A stretch of DNA of 64,000 nt from Prochlorococcus sp. AG-432-D11 (GCA_003212885.1 QCOP01000002.1:278-64277), one strand, 5' to 3'. Positions 1 through 9,655 are shown, counted from the stretch's first letter. Notes: a model not told the origin generated them from the letters alone. Made by a program: numbers and translations.

Positions 1-1
1 T

Positions 2-1195
2 TATCCCCTGATTGCTAGCAGCTTATTAATTGCCGGAGGACTGACCAATTCAGCTTCTGCCAATTCGTCAGTTACTGCCTTACAGCTTAATAATTGCCAC
101 TACGTATCCGATATAACCAATGACCTTCATGATCAAAATAGCGGCATTGTTGACCCCGCTGCCGCTTGTGAATATTATCAAAGTAATGCAATTATCAAAA
201 ATGATGAAATCATAACCACCAACACCTCCAGCATTACTTCTAACTCATCAAGTATTACTTCTAATACCTCTAATATTACTTCCAATTCATCCAGTATTAC
301 TTCTAACTCATCCAGTATTACCAGTAATACTTCCAGTTTATCTACCAATACCTCTAAGATCTCTGATAATACATCCAATATTACATCTAATACCTCTGAT
401 ATTAGTAATCATACCTCCAGTTTATCTACTAATACCTCCAATATCTCCGGCAATACATCCAATATCTCGGGCAATACATCCAGCATTAATAGCAATTCAT
501 CTAGCATTTCTTCTAACACCTCGGACATTACTTCTAATACATCGAATATCTCTAGTAATACCTCTGATATTTCTTCTAATACTTCCAATATTAGTAGTAA
601 TACCTCCAATATCTCGGGCAATACATCGAATATCTCTAGCAATACGTCCAATATTAGTAGTCATCAATCTGCAATTAATACAAACATCTCCAACATCAAT
701 ACCAATACCTCAAACATCAATACCAATACATTGAACATCAATACGAATAGGAACAACATCAATAATCTTGGACAAGGTGTTGCTGGTGCAACTGCTCTAT
801 CAGGAGCTTTAAATGCTTTACCTCAGATAGGCTCGAATGATTCCAATGCCAGTTGTGGATTAGGGTCTGCAAGTTATAGCGGACGGATTGGATTGGGTTT
901 TGGCTGCGCTAAAAAGATCAATCAACGAATCGATGTGAATGCAGGCGGATCGTTTGTCTTTGGTGGCTCTCATGATTACGGTGATGGAACCCTCGATAAT
1001 TCAATGGTCAAGGCAGGGGTGGTTTTTAAATTAGGCAAACTCAATAATCAGACAATGATCAACGACAAGATAACCAACGGATGCTCTATTGATGTTTGCG
1101 AGAGAATCAATGCTTTAGAAGCTAAGAATAAAAATTTATTAGAAAGTCAGGCACAACTGTTGGCTCGCATTGAAAAACTGGAGCAAAAGTTTTGA
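2..1195 (+). CDS. Trimeric-autotransporter-like surface protein (5' end lies outside the window): N/S/T heptad stalk, YadA-anchor-like segment and an extra C-terminal coiled coil
   Basis: Frame 2 is open from the window edge to the stop at 1193-1195. It has no ATG/GTG/TTG before 731, so the ORF track shows only the tail. The translation starts with a signal-peptide-like ..LIASSLLIAGGLTNSASA, followed by about 26 heptads of the N-T-S-N-I-S-S type. Next come GVAGATALSGALNALPQ and amphipathic strands (CGLGSASYSGRIGLGFG, RIDVNAGGSFVFGG, MVKAGVVFKLG) resembling a YadA membrane anchor. The protein ends with INALEAKNKNLLESQAQLLARIEKLEQKF. Confidence 0.55.
   Translation, partial: YPLIASSLLIAGGLTNSASANSSVTALQLNNCHYVSDITNDLHDQNSGIVDPAAACEYYQSNAIIKNDEIITTNTSSITSNSSSITSNTSNITSNSSSITSNSSSITSNTSSLSTNTSKISDNTSNITSNTSDISNHTSSLSTNTSNISGNTSNISGNTSSINSNSSSISSNTSDITSNTSNISSNTSDISSNTSNISSNTSNISGNTSNISSNTSNISSHQSAINTNISNINTNTSNINTNTLNINTNRNNINNLGQGVAGATALSGALNALPQIGSNDSNASCGLGSASYSGRIGLGFGCAKKINQRIDVNAGGSFVFGGSHDYGDGTLDNSMVKAGVVFKLGKLNNQTMINDKITNGCSIDVCERINALEAKNKNLLESQAQLLARIEKLEQKF
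221..766 (+). repeat. Tandem 21-bp (heptad-coding) repeat array, about 26 imperfect units
   Basis: Units of the form aat-acc-tcc-aat-atc-tct-agc recur head to tail inside the CDS above. The minus-strand ORFs at 178..378 and 409..651 are shadows of this array. Confidence 0.9.
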
Positions 1196-1455
1196 ATATT
1201 TTGGAGTAACTTAAGTAAGTAATTATTTTTGAATTGTGTATTAAGAAATGAGTGAATTTAATTTTAGCTTGCAATCGCTTGTTTTCTTCATTGTATTATC
1301 TTGTACTGTTTTCTTTGCTTATTTACCATTCCTTCATATACTTTCTATTTTATAGATTCAGAATGCCAACTCTTTTGCACTGGTTGAGCAATTATTTTCT
1401 TTGTATGCTCTAATATCCTAATAGATTATATAATGAGTTATATAGGTTTAATTCG

Positions 1456-2805
1456 ATGATCTACGAGCCTGGTTTTTTTCGAAATCAATTTTCTAATTAT
1501 TCTAGTATTCAATCTTTAATAGGTGATTTTTTAAATGATAGGGTTTCTCCTAGTCTTATCGCTAGCTTTCACAAGATAAAACAAGATAAATTTACACGGA
1601 CTGTGAGAGACGAGCATTTGATTTTCAAGGAAGTTATTAGTAGCAATGATGATTTGAAAGCCTTATTATGTCATCCAATTCTATATAAACATGCAATTTG
1701 TGTTATTGAGCCTGCAGAACATGTAGGAATTAATTCATATGGAGAAGGAGTTAGGGCATCTAGCAATATTGCTTTTTTAAATCAATATATAGCAGATTGT
1801 GATTCTATTCTAATTCCTCTCTGGAAGACTGGAAAATTAGATAGTGAACTTCTTATGGCTTTACTCAGCAATTGTTTGGCGGTAATAGTTGAAGGCGGTC
1901 ATCCCACGGTTAAAGATTCACAATCATTTTCTGATTTAAATATTAGTCTTGATGAATTACAACAAATTAGTGATGAAATACTTTTATCAAGGGGATTAAA
2001 GACAGCCCCAGGGATATTTATTTGCTTGGGACATCAATTAGCTGCTCAATCACATATAAGACTAATTAAAAGAGCTACTCAAGCAATAATAAGAGATTTA
2101 GATCCTAATTCTTTTAAATCCTTATCTTATTATCAGAATTTAATTGATACTTGTAATAGGATTAAGGAGACTGGACAAAACCTTTTGGTCTATAAAGATA
2201 ATAAAAAAGTTGCGAGTGGTTGGAATGATCCTTGTTTTGCAGTAGCTTTAAATGAGATTCCGGAAGTCGGTGAGGTCGAATTATTACATTATTCGCATAC
2301 AGGAGAGCACCCTTCCAATGAATTCTCTAAGTTACATATTTACCATGAATTAACTAGTCATCAAGATCAGGGAATTGTTGAGGACTCAATAACTTATGAA
2401 AAGGATTTAAATATTGTTATGTTTCATAGTGATGAAGTTAATGAAGAAGCAATTCTATTTGCGAATTGGTCGTATGGTGAATTACATAAAGCCTTATCTC
2501 CAGTAAGAAAATCGATTTCTGTTTCTAATCTTTCTTGGCTTTTAAATCTTCCGACGTCTATCGAAATACTTTGCTCAACTAGTGCTAAGGGACAAATTTG
2601 TACAGAGGTAGCAGCTACATGTATAAACTATAGAGATTATGAAACACATCATGTTAGACGTTCATTTAGTTTCCAATTTCACCCTGAATTATTAGATGAT
2701 CTTAGGGAGTTTAAATTCTCAGGATTACCTACTTATAGAAAGTTAAAGAATGATGATGGTGTTAGAATGTTAATGCGAGTTATTTATGAGGCAATAATTG
2801 ATTAG
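1456..2805 (+). CDS. Class-I glutamine amidotransferase-like protein, atypically long
   Basis: It has a VIVEGGHP segment, the nucleophile elbow GIFICLGHQLAA (Cys) and, near the C-terminus, FSFQFHPE (His-Glu). These are the GATase1/C26 triad motifs, but roughly 200 aa separate the Cys and His motifs. No synthase partner gene is adjacent. Confidence 0.5.
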   Translation: MIYEPGFFRNQFSNYSSIQSLIGDFLNDRVSPSLIASFHKIKQDKFTRTVRDEHLIFKEVISSNDDLKALLCHPILYKHAICVIEPAEHVGINSYGEGVRASSNIAFLNQYIADCDSILIPLWKTGKLDSELLMALLSNCLAVIVEGGHPTVKDSQSFSDLNISLDELQQISDEILLSRGLKTAPGIFICLGHQLAAQSHIRLIKRATQAIIRDLDPNSFKSLSYYQNLIDTCNRIKETGQNLLVYKDNKKVASGWNDPCFAVALNEIPEVGEVELLHYSHTGEHPSNEFSKLHIYHELTSHQDQGIVEDSITYEKDLNIVMFHSDEVNEEAILFANWSYGELHKALSPVRKSISVSNLSWLLNLPTSIEILCSTSAKGQICTEVAATCINYRDYETHHVRRSFSFQFHPELLDDLREFKFSGLPTYRKLKNDDGVRMLMRVIYEAIID

Positions 2806-3028
2806 GTAACAATATTCATAAAAGTGATATTATTAGCATCATATTAAATAAAGCCTATAAATTTTTATGGATACTTTCCTCTTTTTATGTTATCCTTGAG
2901 TTTTGATATCATTAAAGAGTTAGATAAGTTCCCATGAGTAACTATTCCTAACCTTTGATAATGAATTGTTGTAGATCAAGATTGATTAGGATATATAATA
3001 TGTAATTAATTGTTCATTTTTGGGCTAA

Positions 3029-3769
3029 ATGGCTTCAAAATCTAGTTCTTGGTACTTTGGTGATTATTCTGGTGGTTTCCCAGGATTGAATTACAATAAG
3101 ATTATTTATCTTATAACTTTTTTGCTTTTTTTAAATATTTCTATTTCAACTGAAGAATCCATTGCTTCTTATAATGATGTATCCTATATATTAGATTATT
3201 TCTTGAAACTAGTTCAGATATTTTTTGTTACTGATTATATTGGAAAAATTGCTAACAGTTGGTCAAAAAAAGATTATCAAATCTCAGCTTTAATTCTTTC
3301 TATAACTAACACAAGGTCACTATTTGACCTGGCTTCTTTATTTGCTTTGATTTTACCTATTTTACCTAAAGAAAGTCCAATTCTTTTGGCTATTTATATT
3401 ATAAAAATGGGATTTACTATTTATCAATCTGAATTACGAGAAATAATTAATAGATTAAAGTACATTATTTTAGACAACCCAACAAAGACTTTTTTCCCTA
3501 TGATTCTCCTTTCAGTATTGAGTTATGCTTTTGCGACATTAATATACTTGGCTGAAAGAAATAATGATCCAGAGCATTTTGGATCAATACTTAGGTCTTT
3601 CTGGTTTTCCATTACTATGATTAGCTTTGCTTTTGACGGAATAATACCTCAATCTCTATTAGGAAAGGCAATAACAACAATTTTTGGTTTATTAGGATTG
3701 GTTTGTATCGCGTTGTTGACAGCAAATATTATTGACAGCAATTCCGAATTTGACAAGCAAAGCATGTAA
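3029..3769 (+). CDS. Ion-transport (voltage-gated-like, 6-TM) family membrane protein with a non-canonical pore loop
   Basis: Six hydrophobic segments are present. The pore-like region FWFSITMISFAFDGIIPQSLLGKAITTIFGLLGL aligns by eye to the K+ channel WWAVVTMTTVGYGD..P pattern. TVGYGD is replaced by SFAFDG. Confidence 0.45.
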   Translation: MASKSSSWYFGDYSGGFPGLNYNKIIYLITFLLFLNISISTEESIASYNDVSYILDYFLKLVQIFFVTDYIGKIANSWSKKDYQISALILSITNTRSLFDLASLFALILPILPKESPILLAIYIIKMGFTIYQSELREIINRLKYIILDNPTKTFFPMILLSVLSYAFATLIYLAERNNDPEHFGSILRSFWFSITMISFAFDGIIPQSLLGKAITTIFGLLGLVCIALLTANIIDSNSEFDKQSM

Positions 3770-3983
3770 TTTATGAGCTTTTAGAGTATATGTTTGTATT
3801 ATTATGTTTAGGATTACCCAATTTTGTATCTTTTAATACAAAAAACTTAATCTGTATACCTATTTGGTTCTAACCAATTTATTTTATTTTTAATGGATCA
3901 TTTGATATTTCAATAACTTAAAATACGCACACATCCTAGTTTTTTTAGGCACATTCTTTATAATTCACTCATTCCACCATTGG

Positions 3984-4845
3984 TTGATGAAATTCTTTTC
4001 TAGCTTATTTCTGATATTTCTTTTTGCTGTTAGCCCTTTTTCTTCTCCAGTAAGCGCTTCTTCCTCATCTGATCTTGCTCAGATTGATTATATAAACAAT
4101 ATTAAGCAGAGAGGTTACCTTAAAGTAGGACTTCCCCCCTTATATAACTCCTCCCTTCTATTATCCTGACGAGAAAACAGGAGAAATGGCAGGTTATGAC
4201 ATTGATCTTGTGAATGGATTTGCCAATAAATTGGGTGTTGAAGTTGAGTTTGACCGAGATTCAAAAGATTTTAACGATACAGTTTTCAGAGCTGGAAAAG
4301 GAGATTTTGATTTAGCGATTGGTAAGTTGAGTACAACTTATAAAAGAATGTCTGACACTCACCCTCATGAATATATGAATTTTAGGCAAGCACTACTTGT
4401 TAACAGAAAATTTGTTGCATCTTTAGATAAAGGTATATCAGAAGACAAGTTAGGGAAAGACATACTTAATTCAAAAATGAAAGTTGGAATCATAGGTGGT
4501 TCTTCATGGGAATCTTATGCGAATCAATTTATGCCTTCAGCTCAGAAAGTAGGTTATAAAGATTGGCCTGCTGTTAAGAAGGCATTATTTGAAACTAATG
4601 AAATTGATGCAATTTATAGAGATGCTACTGAGATAAAAAAAATAATTTATCAAGAGCCTAATCTTTCAATTAAATATGTTCCTATATTATTTAATGATGT
4701 TAAAGATGTTATATCTATTTTCCTTCCAACAGATGCAAACGTAGCTATGTCAGATGTTCTAGATTTTTATCTAAGAGATTACGGAATAAAAGGTGATGCA
4801 GAAATAATGGAGGAATTATCAGAATTCTATAACCCTATTAACTAA
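3984..4845 (+). pseudogene. Family-3 (amino-acid type) periplasmic solute-binding protein, split by a +1 frameshift in a C6 run
   Basis: ORF 3984..4169 carries a signal peptide and QRGYLKVGLPP. The next frame reads ..PPYITPPFYYPDEKTGEMAGYDIDLVNGFANKLGVEVEF, which matches the SBP_bac_3 pattern. Removing one C from cccccc at 4134-4139 fuses the two ORFs into one. Confidence 0.6.
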
Positions 4846-4877
4846 TTTTTTTTCTTTTAATCTTTTAAATATTAATT

Positions 4878-6164
4878 ATGAATTATTTAACTTTCAAAAA
4901 ATTCAGTCTAAGACTACGTTCAGTCAAGAACTTTTTGTTGATCATTTTACCAATTGCTTTGTTAATAGGTTATTTCTTCCCTTCCGCTTCATCGTCATTA
5001 AATACTATAGGTGTTTCTCTAATTAAACTGATTACCTTTCCAGCAATTCCATTAGTTCTTTCAGCAGTTGTTATTTCGATAACGTCTCTTTTTGATTTTA
5101 CTGGAGTTAATACATCTCATAATAAATTTGCAAAGAAGTTAATTCTTTCTTTGATTGGATTTATTTTCTTTTCCGCAGCGTTAGGACTTTTCCTTTCTTT
5201 ATTTATTAAACCTGGAATTCTTACTCCTGAAGGTAAACTGTCTATTGGTAAATATATGTTGGATACTACTGATATTCAAGTTAATATATTTAAATCTGAA
5301 ACAGAGAGTTTAGTTTCGAGCAATATTAACTTCTTTCAAACTCTTATACCTACAAACATTATTTCTGATGCAGCTAATAGCTCTACTTTGAGGATTATTA
5401 CAGGTTCAATATTGACTGGTCTTGGATTAGCTGCTGTTCCCTCAGAAAAAGCCAAGCCAATACTGTCCTTCTTGAAATCTGTAAATGCTTTGTCTGTAAA
5501 AGTTTTAGAAGAGCTTCTTGTTCTATCACCAGTAATGTTAATTTGTTTAATTGCAGGTGCATTTTCTTCAATTAGTACAGAGATAATAGTAGCCCTTTTG
5601 AACTTGGCACTTTGTGTTTTAGTTGGATCAATAGCTTTCCTTGGTATATCTAAAGTTATATTTAGAAAATTTACTTCTACTGAGGAGAGGAATATTCTAT
5701 CGTCCAATCCACTTGATGATGTGTATCTTTTAGCAATTTCAACGGGAAGCAGTATGGCGTGTTATCCAACTATTGTAAATACATTAAAGAATATTGGTAG
5801 AGATCCTAATGAGGTAGAGGCTTCTGCATCGATGAGTTTGTTATTAGCTAGATTAGGAAATATAATTTACAATGTAATTGTTATTATTTTTGCATTTAAT
5901 CTTTATGATGTTCGTATAACGCCTCTAATATTAATCCAAGCACTTCTAATGGGTATAGTTACAGGAATAGCAACAGCTGGTTTGACTGGTGTTGCTGTCC
6001 TTCCAAGTATTGGAGTAGCTTTGGCATTCTTTAGTCTGCCTATTCCGCCAATACTGCTCTTAATTGTTGCTATTGATCCAATAATTGATCTTCTTAGATC
6101 TTCTATTACTGGAGTATCTTCGATGGCACTAAGTACTGTAGTTTGTAGAAGAGGTGTCGTCTAA
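4878..6164 (+). CDS. Dicarboxylate/amino-acid:cation symporter (DAACS/GltP-like) family transporter, divergent
   Basis: It is a polytopic membrane protein. Segments STGSSMACYPTIVNTLKNIG and IDPIIDLLRSSITGVSSMALSTVV resemble the conserved SSaatLP and D..RT..Nv.G blocks of SDF-family carriers. Confidence 0.5.
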   Translation: MNYLTFKKFSLRLRSVKNFLLIILPIALLIGYFFPSASSSLNTIGVSLIKLITFPAIPLVLSAVVISITSLFDFTGVNTSHNKFAKKLILSLIGFIFFSAALGLFLSLFIKPGILTPEGKLSIGKYMLDTTDIQVNIFKSETESLVSSNINFFQTLIPTNIISDAANSSTLRIITGSILTGLGLAAVPSEKAKPILSFLKSVNALSVKVLEELLVLSPVMLICLIAGAFSSISTEIIVALLNLALCVLVGSIAFLGISKVIFRKFTSTEERNILSSNPLDDVYLLAISTGSSMACYPTIVNTLKNIGRDPNEVEASASMSLLLARLGNIIYNVIVIIFAFNLYDVRITPLILIQALLMGIVTGIATAGLTGVAVLPSIGVALAFFSLPIPPILLLIVAIDPIIDLLRSSITGVSSMALSTVVCRRGVV

Positions 6165-6512
6165 TTTTCTTTTTGTATATATTTTCTAGACTTAGGTTGA
6201 TTATTTCTAGTTAATATATTTATTTGCTATTTATTTTTTACAAAAAGATCTTTATTAATTCTATTCAATAAATTCTATGTTTATTTTTTTATAGAGTTGC
6301 CAATGTAATATTAATTTGTTCCAATTTATTAATAACTGATTTGATTCTGAATAAGCGTTTGACAAATTTTAGTTTATACAACGAAGTAAACTAGATTAAT
6401 CCTAATTATTGTTCCCATGTTTTTTAAAAATCTTTAGTGGTTCAAATTCTTTTACTGCTAAAAGACACAAAATCCAGTATCGACCAACTCAAACCTAGTA
6501 GGAGAAAACCTA

Positions 6513-7391
6513 GTGTACTTTCAGGACATAATTGCAACATTGAATCAGTTTTGGGCAGATCAAGGTTGCTTAATACTTCAACCATATGATCTTGAGAAAG
6601 GAGCTGGGACAATGAGTCCACACACTGTTTTGAGAGCTATTGGACCTGAGCCATGGTCAATTGCATACCCTGAACCATGTAGGAGACCAACAGATGGCAG
6701 ATACGGAGATAATCCAAATAGAGCTCAACATTATTTCCAATATCAAGTTTTAAAAAAACCTTCTCCCGAAGGAATTCAAGAAATCTATTTAAAATCTCTT
6801 GAAAAAATAGGGGTTGATCCCATGCAGCATGATATTAGGTTTGTTGAGGATAATTGGGAGTCTCCGACTCTTGGTGCATGGGGAGTTGGATGGGAAGTAT
6901 GGCTTGATGGAATGGAGGTTACTCAATTTACTTATTTTCAGCAATGTGGAGGAATTGATTGCCGACCAGTTTCTATAGAAATTACTTATGGGCTTGAGAG
7001 ATTGGCCATGTATTTACAAGATATTGAAAGTATATGGGATTTAAAGTGGAATAGTGAATACACATATGGTGATATCTGGCTGCCTTTTGAAAGGGCAAAT
7101 TGCAAATATAATTTTGAGGATTCAAGTCCAGCCAGGTTGACTGAGCTCTTTAATCTGTATGAGTTAGAAGCTAAGCACTTAATTGAGAGGAAGTTAGCGG
7201 CACCTTCCTTAGATTTCGTTCTTAAATGTAGTCACACCTTTAATCTTCTAGATGCCCGTGGTGTGATTTCAGTAACAGAAAGAACAGCCACCATAAAAAG
7301 AATTAGAGATTTGTCTAAAAGTGTTGCTGAAATATGGCTTGAAGAGCGTAAAATTTTAGGTTTTCCTTTGCTAACAAAAATAGATGAATGA
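6513..7391 (+). CDS. glyQ: Glycine--tRNA ligase alpha subunit
   Basis: It starts with [37 protein letters not shown] and the rest of the protein are typical of GlyQ over the full length. Confidence 0.95.
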   Translation: MYFQDIIATLNQFWADQGCLILQPYDLEKGAGTMSPHTVLRAIGPEPWSIAYPEPCRRPTDGRYGDNPNRAQHYFQYQVLKKPSPEGIQEIYLKSLEKIGVDPMQHDIRFVEDNWESPTLGAWGVGWEVWLDGMEVTQFTYFQQCGGIDCRPVSIEITYGLERLAMYLQDIESIWDLKWNSEYTYGDIWLPFERANCKYNFEDSSPARLTELFNLYELEAKHLIERKLAAPSLDFVLKCSHTFNLLDARGVISVTERTATIKRIRDLSKSVAEIWLEERKILGFPLLTKIDE

Positions 7392-7568
7392 AAAGCGACC
7401 CAATGAAAAAATGATTTTTTGATATAAGTTCAGGTATCAAATATTACTTTTTTGACGTGCTTGTATCTTTTGAGACACTATGGCGTAAAACTTTTTCTTG
7501 ATAAGAGTTTTTGAAGAAATACATTAAAGATACCCAAATAATTGGGTTTCCTGTGTGAGGGATCCGAA

Positions 7569-9083
7569 ATGAACCTTTTTAAGCAACTTCTTGTTGCTCC
7601 AGCTCTTATTGGGCTGTCAGCTCCTTTAGTAGCAAATGCTGCTGAGTTGAATATTGATGACGTTGCTTCTTATTCAACGTCTCCTGAGCAAGTTTCAATT
7701 TCCAGCCAACTTTCAGATGTTGTTCCTGGTGATTGGGCTTATACCGCTCTACAGAATTTAAGTGCAAGCTACGGTTGCGTAGACAGTGCTTATACTCAAA
7801 GTCTTAATAATGGTGCTCCTTTAACTCGTTTTGAAGCAGCAGCCTTAGTTAATTCATGCCTTGAAGGCAACCTCATTGCTAATGGAGAAGGATTAAGTCC
7901 TGATGCTATTTCTCTTTCAGAGGAGTTTGGATCAGAGATGGCAATACTGAAAGGTCGTGTTGACGGGCTTGAGTATAAAGTCTCAGAACTTAGTGCTGGA
8001 GCTTTCTCTTCTACTACAAAGATGAGTGGAACTGTTGACTTCGTTACTGGTTATCTTGACAGAGATAATGCTGACGATGACAACCTAAGTGGTTACTACA
8101 GAGCTAAGTATGATGTAACAAACAGCTTTACTGGTAAAGATCAGTTATATACAAGGTTTGTTACTGGTAATGCTGATTCATCTCATTGGGCTGAAAGCAC
8201 TACTTACGGTACTCACCTAAGTGCTGCCAATAAGAATGGCAATGCTTTAAAAGTTGACAAAATTTGGTATAGATTCCCTGTTGGAGACTTCACTTTTTGG
8301 GTTGGCCCAAGAATTGAGAACTACTACATGCTTGCAAGTTCTCCTTCAATTTATAAGCCAATCTTGAAGGCGTTTGCCAATGGTGGAAATATGTCCACCT
8401 ATGGATCTAGCACTGATGGTGGTTTTGGTGCTGCTTGGACTCAATCAACTGATGATCCTTATCAAGCAAGATTTGCTGTATCTACAAACTACGTAGCTAA
8501 AAAAGCTAACGACGCTAGCGTCGGAATGTTTGATGATGATGCTCAAACAAAATGGCTTTCCAAGGTTGAGTATGGTTCACCCCGTTGGCAAGTCTCCTAT
8601 GCTTTAGCTCTTCATGGTTGTGGCTCTTCTTGTAAGGCTTGGTCAAGTTATTTTGATACTGCAGCGGCAGGATCAACAACTGGTGATCAGACATCTCATG
8701 CTTTAAGAGCGTACTTGAGAGCTGAAGAGTCAGGTATTGTTCCAGATGTTCAGTTTGGATACGACTACTTTACTGTTGATGATGATGGTTCTGTAGGTGC
8801 TACTGAATCTGCTAGTGGTTGGATGATTGGTCTTATGTGGAAGGATGCTTTCATTGATGGCAATCGTTTAGGTGTTGCACTTGGTTCAGCAATGCAAGCT
8901 AATGACATTGTTGGCGGTGCTGATGATCCTGCAGATCCATTAACTTGGGAAGCTTATTACGACTACAAAGTTGCTGATTCAATCACAGTTACGCCAGCTA
9001 TTTTCTCTGGAGCTGATGTATATGATGGTGGCGACTCAGATGACTTCTTTGGTGGTTTAGTTAAAGTAACCTTTAAGTTCTAA
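7569..9083 (+). CDS. Cyanobacterial outer-membrane porin (SLH domain + OprB-like barrel, Som-type)
   Basis: The signal peptide is MNLFKQLLVAPALIGLSAPLVANA. An SLH motif (DVVPGDWAYTALQNL) is present. The C-terminal part is rich in beta-strands and ends in VKVTFKF. I preferred the ATG at 7569 over the upstream TTG at 7542. Confidence 0.85.
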   Translation: MNLFKQLLVAPALIGLSAPLVANAAELNIDDVASYSTSPEQVSISSQLSDVVPGDWAYTALQNLSASYGCVDSAYTQSLNNGAPLTRFEAAALVNSCLEGNLIANGEGLSPDAISLSEEFGSEMAILKGRVDGLEYKVSELSAGAFSSTTKMSGTVDFVTGYLDRDNADDDNLSGYYRAKYDVTNSFTGKDQLYTRFVTGNADSSHWAESTTYGTHLSAANKNGNALKVDKIWYRFPVGDFTFWVGPRIENYYMLASSPSIYKPILKAFANGGNMSTYGSSTDGGFGAAWTQSTDDPYQARFAVSTNYVAKKANDASVGMFDDDAQTKWLSKVEYGSPRWQVSYALALHGCGSSCKAWSSYFDTAAAGSTTGDQTSHALRAYLRAEESGIVPDVQFGYDYFTVDDDGSVGATESASGWMIGLMWKDAFIDGNRLGVALGSAMQANDIVGGADDPADPLTWEAYYDYKVADSITVTPAIFSGADVYDGGDSDDFFGGLVKVTFKF

Positions 9084-9108
9084 AAAAACTCTGAGAGTCT
9101 TTAGATTT

Positions 9109-9138
9109 AAAAGCGCTCATTTGAGCGCTTTTTTTTTT
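9109..9138 (+). terminator. Rho-independent terminator downstream of the porin gene
   Basis: The stem pairs aaaagcgctc with gagcgctttt (10 bp), has a 4-nt loop and is followed by a T run. Confidence 0.75.
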
Positions 9139-9328
9139 GAAGCTACTTTTCTTTACACAATTACTTTTGTTGATTTATTAAGAAGCATTGTCTTATATGC
9201 CTTCTTTCGTGGATATGTTAAAGAAACTGAAATCTCTAGAAAATTTATAATTTTTTCTAAAAATCTCTCATTAAATCGCTTTGTATTTGTTTGTATATAT
9301 GGCCTGATTTTATGTGATCTCTTTTAAT

Positions 9329-9574
9329 TTACCAGCAGTTTTCCCCCTCTCCAATAGGAATGCAAATTTCATTCTTTTCTGCTTCATCTTGGGCTCTTTG
9401 TGCATCTTCATCTAGAACACTTTCATCGTCAACATCTTGATCTGTTGTCCATTCCTTTGTTCCACCCATATCTGAATCATTAGCTTGAACTGCAATTGGA
9501 TTGATTGCTCCTGAACCTAAAAAGGCTGTAGCTGCGATCAATATTGCAACAGGGGAGCTTTTTTTCATTGCCAA
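9329..9574 (-). CDS. Small secreted acidic protein (hypothetical)
   Basis: The signal peptide is MAMKKSSPVAILIAATAFLGSGAINPIAVQA. The body is rich in D/E and the C-terminus is CIPIGEGENCW. Confidence 0.5.
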   Translation of the reverse strand: MAMKKSSPVAILIAATAFLGSGAINPIAVQANDSDMGGTKEWTTDQDVDDESVLDEDAQRAQDEAEKNEICIPIGEGENCW

Positions 9575-9655
9575 TAGGAAACTAATCCTATTTTGTCACT
9601 TTATTTTTTAAAGCCTTTATACCATTGCAACTATTTGATGTATAAAAAGTTACAC

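Noticed and set aside
178-651. Minus-strand ORFs 178..378 and 409..651 (Leu/Glu/Val-rich)
   Set aside because: They are antisense shadows of the 21-bp repeat array. The + strand frame is open from the window edge and continues into a recognisable anchor domain.
221-766. Possible CRISPR array or other non-coding tandem repeat
   Set aside because: The 21-bp units are contiguous with no spacers and lie in an open reading frame (heptad-coding). No CRISPR-like repeat-spacer structure was seen anywhere in the window.
5336-5707. Minus-strand ORF inside the DAACS transporter gene
   Set aside because: It is fully embedded antisense to a longer ORF with transporter motifs.
9121-9327. ORF 9121..9327 (+)
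   Set aside because: It starts inside the porin terminator hairpin and T-run, has low-complexity AT-rich sequence and has no ribosome-binding context.
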